A stretch of 64,000 nt of DNA from Podarcis bocagei (Eukaryota), in assembly GCA_964188305.1 (NCBI GenBank), contig OZ076890.1. The stretch is one strand, 5' to 3'. The notes under the pieces are model-generated. The model was not told the DNA's origin, made no database searches, and worked only from the letters and a program-made list of their open reading frames with translations. Positions 12,429 to 26,769 of the stretch are shown here, in pieces; positions within the stretch are counted from its first letter, which is position 1, and every line of letters begins with the position of its first letter. The position numbers were made by a program, and so were the translations under genes.

Positions 12429-15400
12429 TACATGGGACCCAACGCTATTCATGAACATGTCCAATTTACGGCGTTTATGCCACTGATTGCTATACCAACT
12501 ATATTTATTGTGATCAAGATATATCCAGTGTTATTCTGCTGCACCAGTATTTACTGAACCTGAGAAAACTGCAAAAACCGCTATGATTTCATATTATTTA
12601 TGCAGTGAGTGAAGGTTGCATTTCCTATAGTGAAGCTAACTATGTTGCCTCTACTACAGAGATTAACATACAGCACAATTCCACTTTTCTATGAAATGTA
12701 TTATTGTTTATTACCCTGTTGAATTAAAACAACTGGTTGTATTCCTTGAGTAAATGTAGCATTTACTACATTTTTGTAAACAGCTTGGGCTTGGAGGATT
12801 GTTTGGGTGTTTGTTTTTATAACCAAGCTGCCTGTAAGTTTTAAGAAATAAATACATGAGCAGCTAATCCTGGAAATTTACAGTATCTGCGTTGAGGCCT
12901 ACTCTCATGCAACTGTGTATAGACTTACATTCGTTTTGCTTTGTTTCACTTATTTGATTGCAATACGCATTTGCCACTTAAAACAAGCCATAATAAGATG
13001 AGAGAAATTGCAGCAGAGCAATTTTAGTTTTGTTATGTCCAAACTTTGGTTTACCGGCTTTGTTAACCAGTTTGCTGTGGTCTTTTTTGAGTGATAGTTA
13101 GTAAAACAAAACAAAGTGTGCCCTGAATTCTTGGAGCCACCAGTTAAGTGGTTGTCCTCACAGATAATAATTGGCACTAAGCTGATTAACTAGCAGAATT
13201 GTAACTAATGAACAGATGAAAGTTTGCAGCCATGGTTAAATATCTCTCTTCTTTCTTATTAGATTTACTGTATATCTTGCTGAGTGGGGGTAGGGAGGAA
13301 TTCTAGTCCATGTGCTTGGCCTAGCCTAGGTGTTTAAATATATAGACACTGCTGCTTTACAAGGTTGTAAATACGATAATTGATCATGACCGCTGCTGAA
13401 GCATTTAGAAGTAGACGCCTTTCAAAGAAGAATCTGTTGTTTTACAAGCTCGTTTAGAGGTTGAATGTTTTAAGTGATTCCTGGGGACTAGCAGGTTGCT
13501 TTTTATGATGATTCTGTGCCTGTGATAAATAGAATAGGTTTATATTTCTCCGGATTTCGCTTGGCTCCAATCAGAAGCTGTCGACATAATGCTAATTCTC
13601 CTTTTTGCACACAGTGAGTCTTTGTAGTGGAGAGCAGGTGCTGTTTTCTCACCAACCAAAGTAAATTAAAAGAGAGACTGTAGTTAATGAGTTGCTAAAC
13701 TGGTATTCCTTGACTGATAGTTTTGGGGGGGGGGTGAGGGTAGGAAGGGAGGAGGAACTTGCGGTATAAATAGTGGGCATCCTTTTCAGGTGACTTGAAA
13801 ATAAGTTTATTACTGATGGGGCCTGGCCTGACATGTGTGCGCATTTGCTGTTCTCATTTTTGCTGATCCTTTTGAGGAAAACCAGCTCCTGCAGTAATGG
13901 GGGAAACAGAAGCAATTAGTGGTGTGCTCTCAAAGGCGGAATCTGAGGCCCTGCTTTAATTGCAGTGTTTAAATCATCTAAATTGGAAAGTGTTGCTACT
14001 GCCGACGCCCCCCCTCCAGCTCCCCAAAAGAGCTTTCTTCCATAATTGGATGCAAAAGTATTTTGTTGTTGTTGTTTGCTGATAGCTTCTTGGTTTCAGG
14101 CACATAATTAGTAATGCGTATGCATTGGAGTCACTAAAGCTGAAAATCCTAATAATTGGAGGGGGGAAGCGTATGGACGTGCAGGTAGGAAACAGAGAGC
14201 TGGAGGAGTGAAATAGTGTTCTGTTGATAGTACCTAAGTAGAGCTGTGTGCGTCAATAAAACAAGTGTCCTACTGTGCTGGAATACAAATGGGCTGTCTG
14301 TAGCAGGGTACAGCAAAGACATTTGGCAAAGAGGGATAGGAGAGCTTCTGGCGTAATGTAATTGAATTGACCATTTCTCTAAAGATACAGCAAATTGTTT
14401 GTTACAGCATTCATCATCATAAGGGAGGCCAGACAGCTTGCCAAACATATTATATTTCTAATAAAAATGGGAGAAAATAAAAGCCTACAGCTCTTGCGCT
14501 AACATGCAAATTACTCTTACTATGTTTGTGGCGTTTAATTGATACTATTTTTATTACTAATACTGTTGGACATTGACCTTGCAAGAGCTGTATAGTTTTT
14601 CATTTTGAGGAAGAGAGGCTGTGTTGACCCATAAGGAAAATGCCAAAATCCTTGATTGGCTGAACTGAGCGTTTAAATATTAGCCAACATTATGGCTTGC
14701 GCGAGAGTTCGTAAAATACCTTGCATATTTTTTGCCAGCCACAGTGCTTCTGTGTTATTCTATTTCCTTGGAGAAACTGATATGTTCATGTAACACGAAG
14801 CTGTGATGGAGCACAACCCAGAAGTTTCTGAGGTTGGTTATGTGATGTAGAAGACCAATAAACATGGGCCTAAATGACAGCTGGCTGGCTACATTCACAA
14901 TGGGTCTTTCCTCAGTGAAATTAACCTCTGCCCAGTTGCTATTTTTTGCTGTGTGTTTACTGCTCCGGAGTTTCACAAAATTGGTCCCAGCAAGAGGGCT
15001 TTTTCAAGGTTGGTTTTGTGACTTTTTAAAGTATATTGAAATAAAAGGTGTCTGATACCTTTCTTTTTTAAAAAATAAATAAATAAATGGAGGAACTTGC
15101 TTAAGTCTCTCCTAGAACACTGCTCCTTGTTTGAATTTGCTGTGGTTTGACACATGATGCAACAAGAAGCAGCATATCTGAAATGGTATAATATGAAATG
15201 CTCAGCCTCAGTACATGGGGAAAACCCTTTCAAGCCAGCTCTAGAAGACTGAACGTAAATTGTATTCTGACGGGCCCCCTGGGCCATGCAGTGATGGCTC
15301 AGCAAATGAGAAGCAGTTAGCTTTTTAGATTGCCACATATGGAGAAGACAGGCATTTTGATTTCTTGCACCACTGAGCCCCTGATAAGGCTGGAAATTGG

Positions 15401-17174
15401 AATCAAAATAATTAGATTGGCTAAACAGATCCTCACAAACGAGCCAAGTTAATTAAGGGGAGGGGAAATGCCTTTGTATTCCAAAAAAAACAACAACATG
15501 GTATGCTCCCCCCAATTTAGGATGATATTTGTGCTGGGGTAGTCAGTAAGAGAACAAAGCTACTTTATGGGAGGCAAGCTTTTGATCGCTTTTAAGATAC
15601 ATGGAGAAAAAACAGTTGGATAATTGATACATTTTAAAGTAAGTGTTAAAAATAATAATGAGTGGTGTGATATGTAAGAAACCAGTTTGTGTGCTTTTTG
15701 CCTGAATGAAGGTGGGAGGCAACCTTTCTAAAAAAAAAACAACACCAAATACCTCTCCAAGAAAATAAAATATTTTTGTTGCGGCAACTGTTAATCCCAA
15801 TATGGAACGCTCCTGCAAAACACATCGTTGTTGAAAAATGTGTGCACATTTCCCATCTAGCCTCCACATTTCCTTTTCTACTACCTGTGTCCAAAGAAAG
15901 CTAGAGCATTCAAATTCTCAGATATAAATATCTTTGCTCGTTTGCTTGAATGATCTAAAGTAACATTCCTGGTTTATTCTTGTTTTGCTCTGTAGTTTGG
16001 ATTATGATGGATGCTCAATGTTAATTAAGGAGGTGAGTTAGGTATAGATGATGCTCCCTGGGGAAGGCAATGGACTTGATAACTTTATGGTCTATTCCAG
16101 TCTAATGAGCTCTGCATATGCAAATCAGGATTATAATTCCAATTTAAAGTCCTGGTTTGCTGGCAAACCATAGTCTATGCAAATGATAGGTTGTTCAGTA
16201 CAGCTAAAGCAACAGACTATAGTTTGCTCCTAATCAGAAGAAATCAGAGTGTGTAGTGCCTGAAAATCCCAAATGATCTTTATACCCTAAAGCATCTTAA
16301 TAGCATCATCTTGGATTCTTTGTTGATCAAGAGAATGGATTACTATAATGCGTCTTACTCCTTGAATGGAAGGCTGGTTGAAACAATTTTCTCCCTGTAC
16401 TAACTTCCCATGGAACCAGGCACTGGTTAAATTGGATTGCTAATTGTATTTTTGGACTGTTAATCATGATTCTTGGTGTTCTGGGATAATTGTCTTCTTG
16501 TACAACCAATTTGCTGAGTGACTGAGGGTTTATTTGCATCCCTGTGTATACAGGTGTGTTACATGCAAATAAATCCTCAGTTACCCAGAAAATTGGTTGT
16601 ATAGAACTGATGACAGTGTAGAAATTCTTGCATTGTTCAGCAGCTCAACAGCTTTTGTGCCTGAAAAGGTGATTTCCTAGTGTTGGGGCACAACCTGGGA
16701 ACGAGGCCCTTTTCAAGATCTTCGCTCTCTTTAATTAAGCAATTTCGTATGGGAACAATATTCCCAGTACTTATTTTACTGTTAACAGTCCAAAATAAAA
16801 TTTAACCAATTTGCATTTTCAAACGCATACTTCACCATATTATGATGAAGTTGCAGTGACCAGTGGCGTCACATGATTACCTGTCTGAGTGAGTGTAGGC
16901 TTGCAATACCTTGTGGCTTATGAGAAGGTGAGTTCCTGTGAACCTAGTTCCTTGGTGAGGTACCATTCATACATGACCATCACAAATTGCATCCCTGTAG
17001 TGACTAAAAGGGGGAAGGGTTGCCATGCTCACACAAAATTGCACATCTATTGTCTCTAACCATGCAATCCTCTCTACACAACTTCTGATGAATCATAAGC
17101 ATGCTGATTCATGAGCTCCGACAATTGTGCGAAGGTTGCCGATTGACTGAACTGGGCCCATGCCTTAGAAACTA

Positions 17175-17403
17175 CAGTGGTACCTTGTGTTATGGACGGG
17201 ATCCGTTACGGAGTCCCATCCGTAATGTGAAATGCCTGTAACTTGAAGCGCTGCGTCTGTGCAGGCGCACGGTGCAATTTGGCGCTTCTGCGCAGGCGCA
17301 AGCGGCGATACCTGGAAGTAACCCGTTCCGGTACTTCCGAGTTGCCGCGGGACGTAATGGAAAAAGACGCAGCATAAAGCGGACACAACACGAGGTATGA
17401 CTG
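17175..17403. mobile_element. Tigger/pogo-like MITE (distinct subfamily)
   Basis: TA|CAGTGGTACCTTGTGTT...AACACGAGGTATGACTG|TA; CpG-rich interior. Confidence 0.85.
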
Positions 17404-20155
17404 TATATGCAATAGAGATTAAAATTCTAAACAATGTACATAATTAAAACACACTACAATCCTATTTTGAATATGTTCTTAGGAGCAGCTCTTCAGTCTT
17501 CCTTTTAGTTGTTTAGTGAGACATTATAGCACTTTTGTATAAAAGCTATTATAGTAGTTAATGACTGCACATCTACAGCCAATACATTTTTCATACTCTT
17601 GTATAGGACTTTCCAGCAGTTGACATCTGCCAGTGAAATGTTTTGAATTCCACCTCTGTGGAGATCAGATTGGTCCTCTAAAGGAACAGGGCCTTTCCCA
17701 TTGTGGCACCAGTGCTTTGGAATGTCCTCTCCTAAGAGTTTCATGTGGTCTTATTACTGCATCTTTTCAAAGGCTTGTTGGCACCTTTCTTTTCCAATGA
17801 ACTTTTTAAGTGGCTGGCAGATTAGTGCTCCTGTTTCTTGTGCTGACAATTTTTATTTAGTTCGATTTGTCTTACATATTTTACACTTTTTATGTCTGCA
17901 TGTTGCTTTAGATGTTTTTAGGAAGAGTGGTATAAATAACTTTAAAACAAATAAATAGGTTAAATGTTTATTTGTGTGTATGTAGCGGTGCACTTTTCTG
18001 TTTCGTTCTTTTGCAATGCAATTTACCACAACTTGTCGTATCCTTGGGAACCGTTTATGCGGAATTATTTTATGAAATTTATGGCGGGCAGAAAGATGTA
18101 AATTTACATAGTTGGAGAGAGAGAGTGTCTGACTCTCTTGGGCTCTGTTTCAAATTTGTGTTCAGAAATACACTTGACAAGCCCTATTTATAGATCAGTG
18201 TGCTGTCATGAATACTCTTTCCTTGTTTGCATATATACAAGGAAATTTGAAACTAATTCATTTGTTAACTCATTTGTAAAAAGCCAACATTCATTTCCAG
18301 CTCTAAAACACAAATGTACTTAATTCTAAATTTGGTTAATGAATATTGAAGATATTGAAGGTTAGTGAGATGATGATGATGATTTTGCTGATGATGATTT
18401 TGATTTTATTTATTGAATTTATATACCACCCTATACCGAAGGTCACAGGGCGGTTCCCATAATAAAATCAAAATTTAAGACCACAAAATACACAATCAAA
18501 ATAAAAACAACAATTCAATTACTTAAATTCCTGTATTCCAGGAATTGGCACAGTAATAAGAGCCTCCTTTATTTAAAGCATATTTTTGGTTTGGTTGTTT
18601 GAAGCTTTTATTTAAAGTGTGTGTATCATCCCATTCTGTTCACATATATATTTTGGGAAGGGAAGGAAACTGAAATTGTTTATAAAGTGATTAACACTAG
18701 GATGTTGCTGAAACAATGAGGAATCGGTTGTGTGTGTGTGTGCGTTTGTTCACACACCCCCCCCACTTCCCTGCCTGATTTCAGGGATCAAAAGAAACAC
18801 AAATGTTGGGAAGAATGAAATTTGTGTTTAAGTTCAAGCTATCTTGGGAAACGGGTGGGTGTAAAGCTGTGCTACATGTTTAAAGGGGAATCTGTCAATA
18901 TAATGTGGGGAATTTTAACATGGAAATATGCCAGGAAATCTATCCAGATCTGATCCACCATTTGTATAACTACAGGGTGGGTCTTGCAGGTCTACAGCTG
19001 CCTTTCTCAAGCAAGGGAGTATTTGTGTTTCACATCCGACTGCTTGTATGGGTTCCCAATACAAAATGTTACATTTATATACAAAAGCAAATGAGTAAGT
19101 AATACATTTCCAGGTATTATGGGCGGATGGTATTTATCCGTATCTATCATGGATAGCATCACAGTCTTGCTAGTAACCGAATCAAAGGACAGATTTCTCC
19201 CCCTCATTCTGGCTAGCCTCTAGCAAGCCATTTTTATGGGGTTTATTGCAGGCCTGCCAGTCACTACCTAGTTATGGTGCAGCGAAGTCATCTTTGGAGA
19301 AATCAATTCATACATTCTGTCCTCCACCCCACTCGTTGCCCTGACAGCTGCAAGGCCGCCTAGGGTGCAACAAATTCCCTATAGCCTTTATACTTGCTTT
19401 TCAAGCAAATCAACTTGAAGTGAACCATGGGTATATAATGTTAAGGTATAAGATAAAACCACAGAATACTTTACAAGTGCACAGTACTTTAAAAGTGTGG
19501 GCTTATGCTGTTTTTGTCAGCGAGGGCACCCAGTGTTATTTATATTTTGTTATTATTATTAATTACCTGCCTTTCACCCTAAGGTCCCAGGGTGGGTTAC
19601 GGCAATTTAAACTATAGTTTAAAACAGTAGTTTGTCACAGCAAAGCTAAAACAGGATAAGAATCAGAATAACACAAGTGGCACATAGGATAGCTCTGATG
19701 TAGAATAGCTTAACAGTTAAAGACTTGGAGGTCTTGGTTAGTAAGGTGTTAGAGGCATAAATCACTTGCAAGATTTATTGCTTCCAGATTGGCACAGGTA
19801 ATTCTGAACTTCATGTTTTGTTATGCTGGAGATCTAGTAGTCTCCGCAGTTAATTTTTTGTATGGGTAAAAAACTGTTGCCCAAATAACATAGGCAGCAG
19901 TGATCTGTGTGAATGATTTGCATTTCTAATTATAGCAATAATTCAACATCAGGTTTTAAGATCTATATTATGCCTGCATTATGGTACCCCGCCCTCATTT
20001 GTAGGCAGAGATTAGACTCCCATCCAGAGTGTATTGGCTAAGAAAGCAGTAACTACTGGGGTGTCATTATCCTAAAAGATGCTTATTTGAACAAATACCA
20101 TGTGTGAAGCACTAATTCTGGCTTACGGCCTGTCTGCAAAAATGTTAAATACAGT

Positions 20156-20272
20156 TTCCAGATGGATATCCAAGTTAGTCTGCTGCAGCAAAACCAATAA
20201 AGAGTCTTGCGGCACCTTTAAAGGCTAACAAATTATCACACAAGCTTTTGTGAACTAGAGTATATTTCATCT
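20156..20272 (+). mobile_element. Possible Penelope-like element terminal fragment
   Basis: AGAGTCTTGCGGCACCTTTAAAGGCTAAC...AAGCTTTTGTG resembles reptile Penelope termini as I recall them. Confidence 0.4.
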
Positions 20273-20520
20273 TATGAATTCTATTTTTATAGTATTCATT
20301 GTGCCACAAGACTATTGTTTTTAGACACAGTTGAACTCAAGAGTGCTGAATCTTCTTTAGAGATTTCCTGTTGGATTAGAAAAGCGTTATTAAGGTGTGC
20401 CAAGCTTAGGAAAAAACATATATTCAAGAGCGTACATATTTGAGGATTTACGACACAATGCTTTCTGGAACACCCACTATTCATTTAGATGGTAGATATT
20501 CTGGTGCCTTTATTAACCTG

Positions 20521-20689
20521 CAGTGGCGTAGCGTGGGTTGTCAGCACCCGGGGCAAGGCAAGTAATTTGCGCCCCCTAACCCGTGGATTTGCGCCCCCTA
20601 ACCCGTGGATTTGCGCCCCCTAACCCTAACCCCCAGATGTTGCGCCCAGTGCGGCCAGCCCCCCCTGCACGCCCCACGCTACGCCACTG
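20521..20689. mobile_element. hAT (Tip100-like) MITE
   Basis: Perfect 17-bp TIR CAGTGGCGTAGCGTGGG / CCCACGCTACGCCACTG; perfect 8-bp TSD TTAACCTG; internal ~22-bp repeat x3. Confidence 0.92.
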
Positions 20690-23600
20690 TTAACCTGTGT
20701 GTATCTGGTCAGAAAGAGGAGAAAGTTTGTTACACAGTTTAATATCCTTCCTTTCATAGAAAGTTTTTTTAAAAAAAGGGATTTCTTAGTAAGCTGTTGC
20801 AGTTTACAGGCCTTCAAAACGTCGATTTTTGCAGTCTGTTTTGCATAGGTTTTTTTTACTTGTAAGACAGACAGGTTTGTTTGCAGCAGTTGCCCAGAAA
20901 CTTAGTTACAAGTTGATACAAGCAATTGCAACTTCTTTTAGTGGAGACAGTGTGAAATGTTGGAGAGGGCAGTCACTACAGAATATTCTGAGCTCTATGG
21001 ATCTGTGTAAATCAGCTTCCGATGTATGTTGTTAACAAATGTTTACTGCTATGTGTTCAGTTGTCGTTCATGCATGAGTTCCATGCATGATGCAAGTATA
21101 GTTCATACACAGGTGTTCGTTTGTTTTATGTCGATGGTGCGTTGTTTTTGCAATGACATTTGATTTTAAACAAATAACCTAAATTATGTTGCTTCCAAGT
21201 TATCTGCTTCCGGCTAACTTAGTTCTAAACTATGATTTATTCTGACTTTTTCCATCTGTTATTTGGTCCTATAGGATTTCCACCACATTCTCCCCATTAT
21301 GCCAAACCACAGTTTCTTCCCTTAAATATCTGTTTTAGTTATCTTAACAGTCTAGTGTTGGTTGCCCTGATTATATGGATCTTCTGTCACTTTTGTATCA
21401 TTCACTTGATTGAATCAAAACATATTTATAAAAGAATCTTCCTCCTGTATCAAGTCTTGATACATGACTGTTTTGTGCTCTATATGGTCACTGATGGGTA
21501 ATAAGACAGAGCGTATTAACACAAATTATGGGCAATTGATGGGCGATAAGACAATAGGAGCGTATTAACACTGCGCTGTCTGGTTTTGACCTTTAAAGGC
21601 TTATTCCACTTAGGAACCCAATACTCCAAGGCTTGCTCTTCCCATTGGCACTCGTTCAGACTCCCCATTTGTCATCAGAGGTCCTTCTCTTTCTGCCTCC
21701 TCTTAGTAGGGTGGGGAGGGTGGTAATACAAGAAGGCATCTTCTCAGTGGCAGTTCCCCATTTGAGGAATGTGCTTCCTAGGGAAGTATGTCTGGTGCCA
21801 TCATTGTTTGCTTATAGGTAGTAGATTAAGACTAATAATAATAATAATAATTAATAATACCACCACCCAGGTGTGTATTAATTGAGAGGGAAGCAAGTTG
21901 TGTGTGTTGGCTTTTTAGTGCTCATCTTTAAGTGGACTGTGTAGGATTTGTCATTTTATAAATATTTTTGGACGAGCATATTGCTTTCTAATGATCTTAC
22001 TGTACTGAGATTTAATGTCAAGCTGAGAGTCACTTTGAGACATTCTTCAGTGTGTGAAAAACAACAGCAAAACAACAAGACAATTGCCTTTTTTCATTGT
22101 TATACATTTCCACTCCATTGTTACCCATTTCCACGTTGCCTTCCTTACAAAGCTACATGGTGATTGAAGACAGAAAACATCACCATGCTTAGGACTTAAG
22201 GTTTGACCCATTAGTTTCAGGAATGTGGAATAATATGAACCTCTGTAGGTGAGGGATATGAATCTCTAGGCTTTGGATAGGACATAGACTTTATTCAGAT
22301 GTGGGTTTTATTGTGTTAGTTTTCCTGGTTATAATGACACTTCTGTCTGGATTTCTAATGGTCTTTTATACTGTGGTACCCAAGTTGCACTGAAATTCAT
22401 TCACAACCATGGGCGTGATATGACACAACAGCAAATGTGATTGGACCCTTTCTAGGCATTGTGCTTCTGTCCCCCCCCCCCATGATATGCACTGCATAGT
22501 CCAGAATCAAATTACATAAGCAAAATCCCCCAAACATTATGGGTTTCCAGGATTGCAAATGGATTTTTTCGTGGAAGCAACACAGAAATGAGCACTAACT
22601 CACTACTAGATTCCACTCGATTTCCAGAAATGGAAGATCACATAAAGTGTTAAAAATTACAGGTAATGGATTGTTAGGAAGCTGGAATAAACTGCCATCT
22701 GAATGCAGCCAAAGAAGCATCATTAAAGGGAGTATGAACTGGTCACTCCTCTCGGTTTATTAATTGAAACAAAAGATCCAATTTTCATTTGCAGGGACTG
22801 GTCCCCCCCCCATCTTGTCTACTGTAAATATGAAATCACCCACTTTGGCTCAGAAAGTTCTGTGGTTAAAATATCCATATACTAATTGATAAACTGCATC
22901 AAATACATCTGACAAAACCAAAGGATGCTAAAAGGGGTGATGAAATATTTATTTGTGAAAAGGGAAGCAGCGCTTTTCAAATTAGTGCCAGCAAACAGTT
23001 CTTGTAACCAAGAGCCCAATCAAATATGTGGCTGTGATGTGCTGCTGTAATTGGTTTGTACAAATTAGCATAATGGACTTCGATGCAGGGCAGTAACAAT
23101 AATGCACATCTCTTGCTGAACTTTTGCTATAATGGTGAATTCCTAACTCTGTGTAGTACTTTAGTACTTTTTCCCTTATTTTAAGAAGTGAAAAATGATT
23201 AGGCTTAGCTGTCTTGTTTCTCTTTCCCTCCCTCTCTCCCTATCCCTCCACATGCACACAGATGCGCAAACACACGCACAACTAGTTAGGTAAACAACTG
23301 AACTGCTGGAAGAGATAGGGACTTCAGTATTCTGAACAAATAAGATGCATGAAATGCTATGCAGTATTAGGGGTTGTTTTGCTTTTGCCCCTTTAATTCC
23401 TGTCAGCTTGAAGAAGAAAGTTCAGATTTGGGGAGTGAGAGCTACTGAAATTAATTTCATTCTCACCAATATATGGTATGACAGCTTTTGATGAGAGAAT
23501 GTGTAGTTCTATTTCTTTAAAAGACAAACAGGCTAGAGTGGTGGGATGATTGCTTACATGTGGGATGGGCAGTGGTAGATAATGTGACACAATCTCTTTA

Positions 23601-24280
23601 ACCTTGCCTCCTGCTGGGTAGTAAAACTGCAAGACAGCAAGTTCCTCATCTCCCCAGCCTGTCCTGAGACACTCTACCTTCCCTTCCTTAGTTGCCTCCC
23701 CTGTGCCATATTTCTGATTGTGAGCTCTCTGGGGCAGTGACCTGTCGCCTCCATATTTTGCAAAAGCAAAGCAGTTAGGCACATCTCGTAGCACCCTTGG
23801 AGTTGCCCACATTCTTATTATGACTGATATGAAATCTTTTTCGAAAGTGATTTTTCTGGTAAGTCACGCAGTGTACAAAAAGACACATTACTGTCTCACT
23901 GTATCACAAATAACTTTCTATTTGACATTGAGAAAATAGCCCCAGTTTGAAAGGTTTAGAGAATAAATTACAGCTGTGACAACGGGAAGCCTTAAAGTAA
24001 CTTCCACCCCGTGGCTGAGGCATATGCCAAAAACACTGAAACACCGTATAGGAGAAGCAAACCCTGCACATGTTAAAAACATCATATGCTCATCGATGCT
24101 GATATAATGACCACCATTGTTGTTGTGGTTGTTGCTGCTGCTGCTGCTTGGTCGCACATTCTTTCCCTTTCCCTTTCCTCACCCCCCACCTGTATGAATT
24201 GGGCTGAGGAAATATGGGGAAGGATGAAAATTGATGTGGCTGCTACCTGTCTGTGGCTGTTTTGATTGTTTCCCGCCCTC

Positions 24281-24908
24281 TAGGGTTGGGCAATATCAGC
24301 TTTTCAACATGGCAGTGTATCGCCAGTCAAACATTGTGGTTTGGCGATATACTGCAATGTTTGGGGCACGGGAGATGCATTGGCCTCTGCCCGTGAGACA
24401 TCAGGTGAAACTGCCCCAGCTGCCCTTGAGAGCTGAGGCGGTTTCACCTGGGCTCGCAGGTTCTCTCCCCCCCCCCCGCCCCCAGCTGAGACAGCCCTGG
24501 TGCTCTTGCTTCTTGCTGCTCATGCCTGATTGGGCGGCGTCTCGGGCCTCCTTTAACTGCTTGCTGCGGGGAGCTGAGCAGTTTCACGGAGCCCCCACCC
24601 TGCTGCCGGCTTGCGGGAGCCAGCGCTGGGCTGGGGGTTCCTTTAACTGCTTGACTGAGGCAAGCGCAGCTGCACGCTCCTCAGTCGGGTAGTTTAAAGA
24701 TGCACCTCGTCGATACACCTTATTTCTCCCTCTCCATCGTATGAGGGCAGAGTGGGATGGTGGTTTCACTCAGCGATTTATTGCTGGTGAAGCAGCCCCC
24801 GCTCCTGAGTCCCTCTGCGAGCAGCGCCTCCTGGAGGGAGGAAACCGACATTGCAGTCTGCTCCTCATACTGGTCCTGGGTTATACATCGGTATATCGCC
24901 CAGGCCTA
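24281..24908. mobile_element. Non-autonomous hAT (Ac-like) element with GC-rich interior
   Basis: TIR TAGGGTTGGGCAATAT / ATATCGCCCAGGCCTA; TSD CCGCCCTC / CTGCCCTC (one CpG transition). Confidence 0.82.
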
Positions 24909-24958
24909 CTGCCCTCTGATTGCTGCAGGCTTGGAACAGAGCAGTGGCTTATAAAGTA

Positions 24959-25145
24959 CAGTGGTACCTCGGGTTAAGAACTTAATTCGTTCCGGAGGTC
25001 CGTTCTTAACCTGAAACTGTACTTAACCTGAAGCACCGCTGCACGATTTCTGTTCTCATCCTGAAGCAAAGTTCATAGCCCGAGATACTATTTCTGGGTT
25101 AGCAGAGTCTGTAACCTGAAGCGTCTGTAACCTGAGGTACAACTG
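24959..25145 (-). mobile_element. Tigger/pogo-like MITE, family A copy 2 (internally deleted)
   Basis: TA|CAGTGGTACCTC...GAGGTACAACTG|TA; reverse orientation relative to 8354. Confidence 0.9.
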
Positions 25146-26769
25146 TACTTCAGTCTGGTTTGCCGAGCAGAACAGTGCAAGAAGAAATTGTTGTGTTGGT
25201 GGTTTCCCCCACCCCACCTCCACCTTCCTCCCTGGAGCTGACCGTACAAGAGAAAATGAGGAACTTAACATGATAATTTGTTTCCCTGGCCCATTTAGCC
25301 TTTGAGAATACTTCATGAAAGATCTCGCCCCCCCCCCCCGCTTCTTTCAAGGTTGCTCTGTGACTTGGTTTTCTGAGATTTACTAACCAAAACAGGGATT
25401 CTAGCCAAGCTAGTAAAAAAGGATGTTCTGTTTTGAACCAGGAAGTGCCACTAAACATGTCAAAAGTATTATTTTGAGATGTCTGCCCTTGTAATTAAAT
25501 GGTAATACTGATGTTGGTGGTTCTTGCTGTTTTTAAAACACAACTGCTTTACAATACCATGGGGGGGGGGAGATTCCTTTTCTACAAAGTTTGCTACAGT
25601 TTTTTAAAAAAATATTAATGTCATGCATAACGATGTGCCAAATATAGAGAGACAGAACATTATGACTGGTATTATAGGAACAGCTATGTCTGGGGTCACA
25701 AGGTTTTCTGTAATAGTGCATTTAAAATTGCCACATTTGCATAAAGTAAGTTCTTCGGTAAAGCAGGACAGTTTTTCAGAAGCTTGCCAAAAGGGGTGTG
25801 AGAGGAGGAGCTTTCTTTTGATGGTTGCTGAAAGCCAGAAATAGATACATTGGTCATTTTAGTTCTTTTCCTTTGTCGCATCGTTAATTTTTTTTAATGC
25901 TTACAAAGGCATGTTATTAAGCGCTGTTTGATGGCTTTCTTTTACAGCACGACAAAAAAGAAAGCTAGTTGTTTCTTCTGCAACAGCTGTTTGGATCAAT
26001 ATTTATCTATGAATAAGCAACGGAAAAGACAATATTTCATTAGATAAGGCATTATTTTTGTTCCTAACCTTTTAAATACTGCAGCTTGATGGTTTGTGTT
26101 TCCACTCCGTCAAGGTTAGTGTCTTCCGCCTCATTTCTCAAAGAAGCAAGTTGGGCCTCAGTGCAAAATTTAGGCTTCCATAGGGCCCAGTGAGCCCTTT
26201 CTGTGATCAACACACAGCATTTCTTAAAGGCACATTTAAAGCATTCTCTCTCTCTCTCTGTTCGAAATTAGCCAGGTGCCACAAGAATTTTGCACCTGGC
26301 TCTCAACCAACTGGAGGTGCATCCCTAGGGACCATTGGATCTTGACTGTTTTCACACAGTAATACGCCATCCTGTAGAATTCTATCAGTTATATTTTATC
26401 TGCACAACTGGGATGAATTTCAGGAACCAAAATGCTTTTTCTGAGCAGGAATAGTCACCATTAAGAAAAAGAGGTCAGAATAGACCAATATATGTGTGGA
26501 CTGTTTCTGGATCAAGTGACTTTTCTTCTTTAAGTTCTCAAAGTGCTTAACCTAGCTCAGGGTTGCCATCTGAACTAGTCATATGTTTAGCTGATAATGG
26601 GTCACAGTCAGTGCACCACTGACTTCAGAGACATCTTGCCCCAAAATGGCAAGTAGACATTCCATTTTGGCAACTGTAACCTTGGTTTAAGGAGCCATTT
26701 TGGTGCCTACCTTGTATACCTTGAGTTTTTAACACTGCACATGCACAAAAAAACGTGTGAGCACATATT

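Noticed and set aside
11273-12454. Long ORFs (234-380 aa) in all six frames
   Set aside because: Artefact of a stop-free GC-rich tandem repeat; homopolymer indels shift the frames and the peptides are repetitive.
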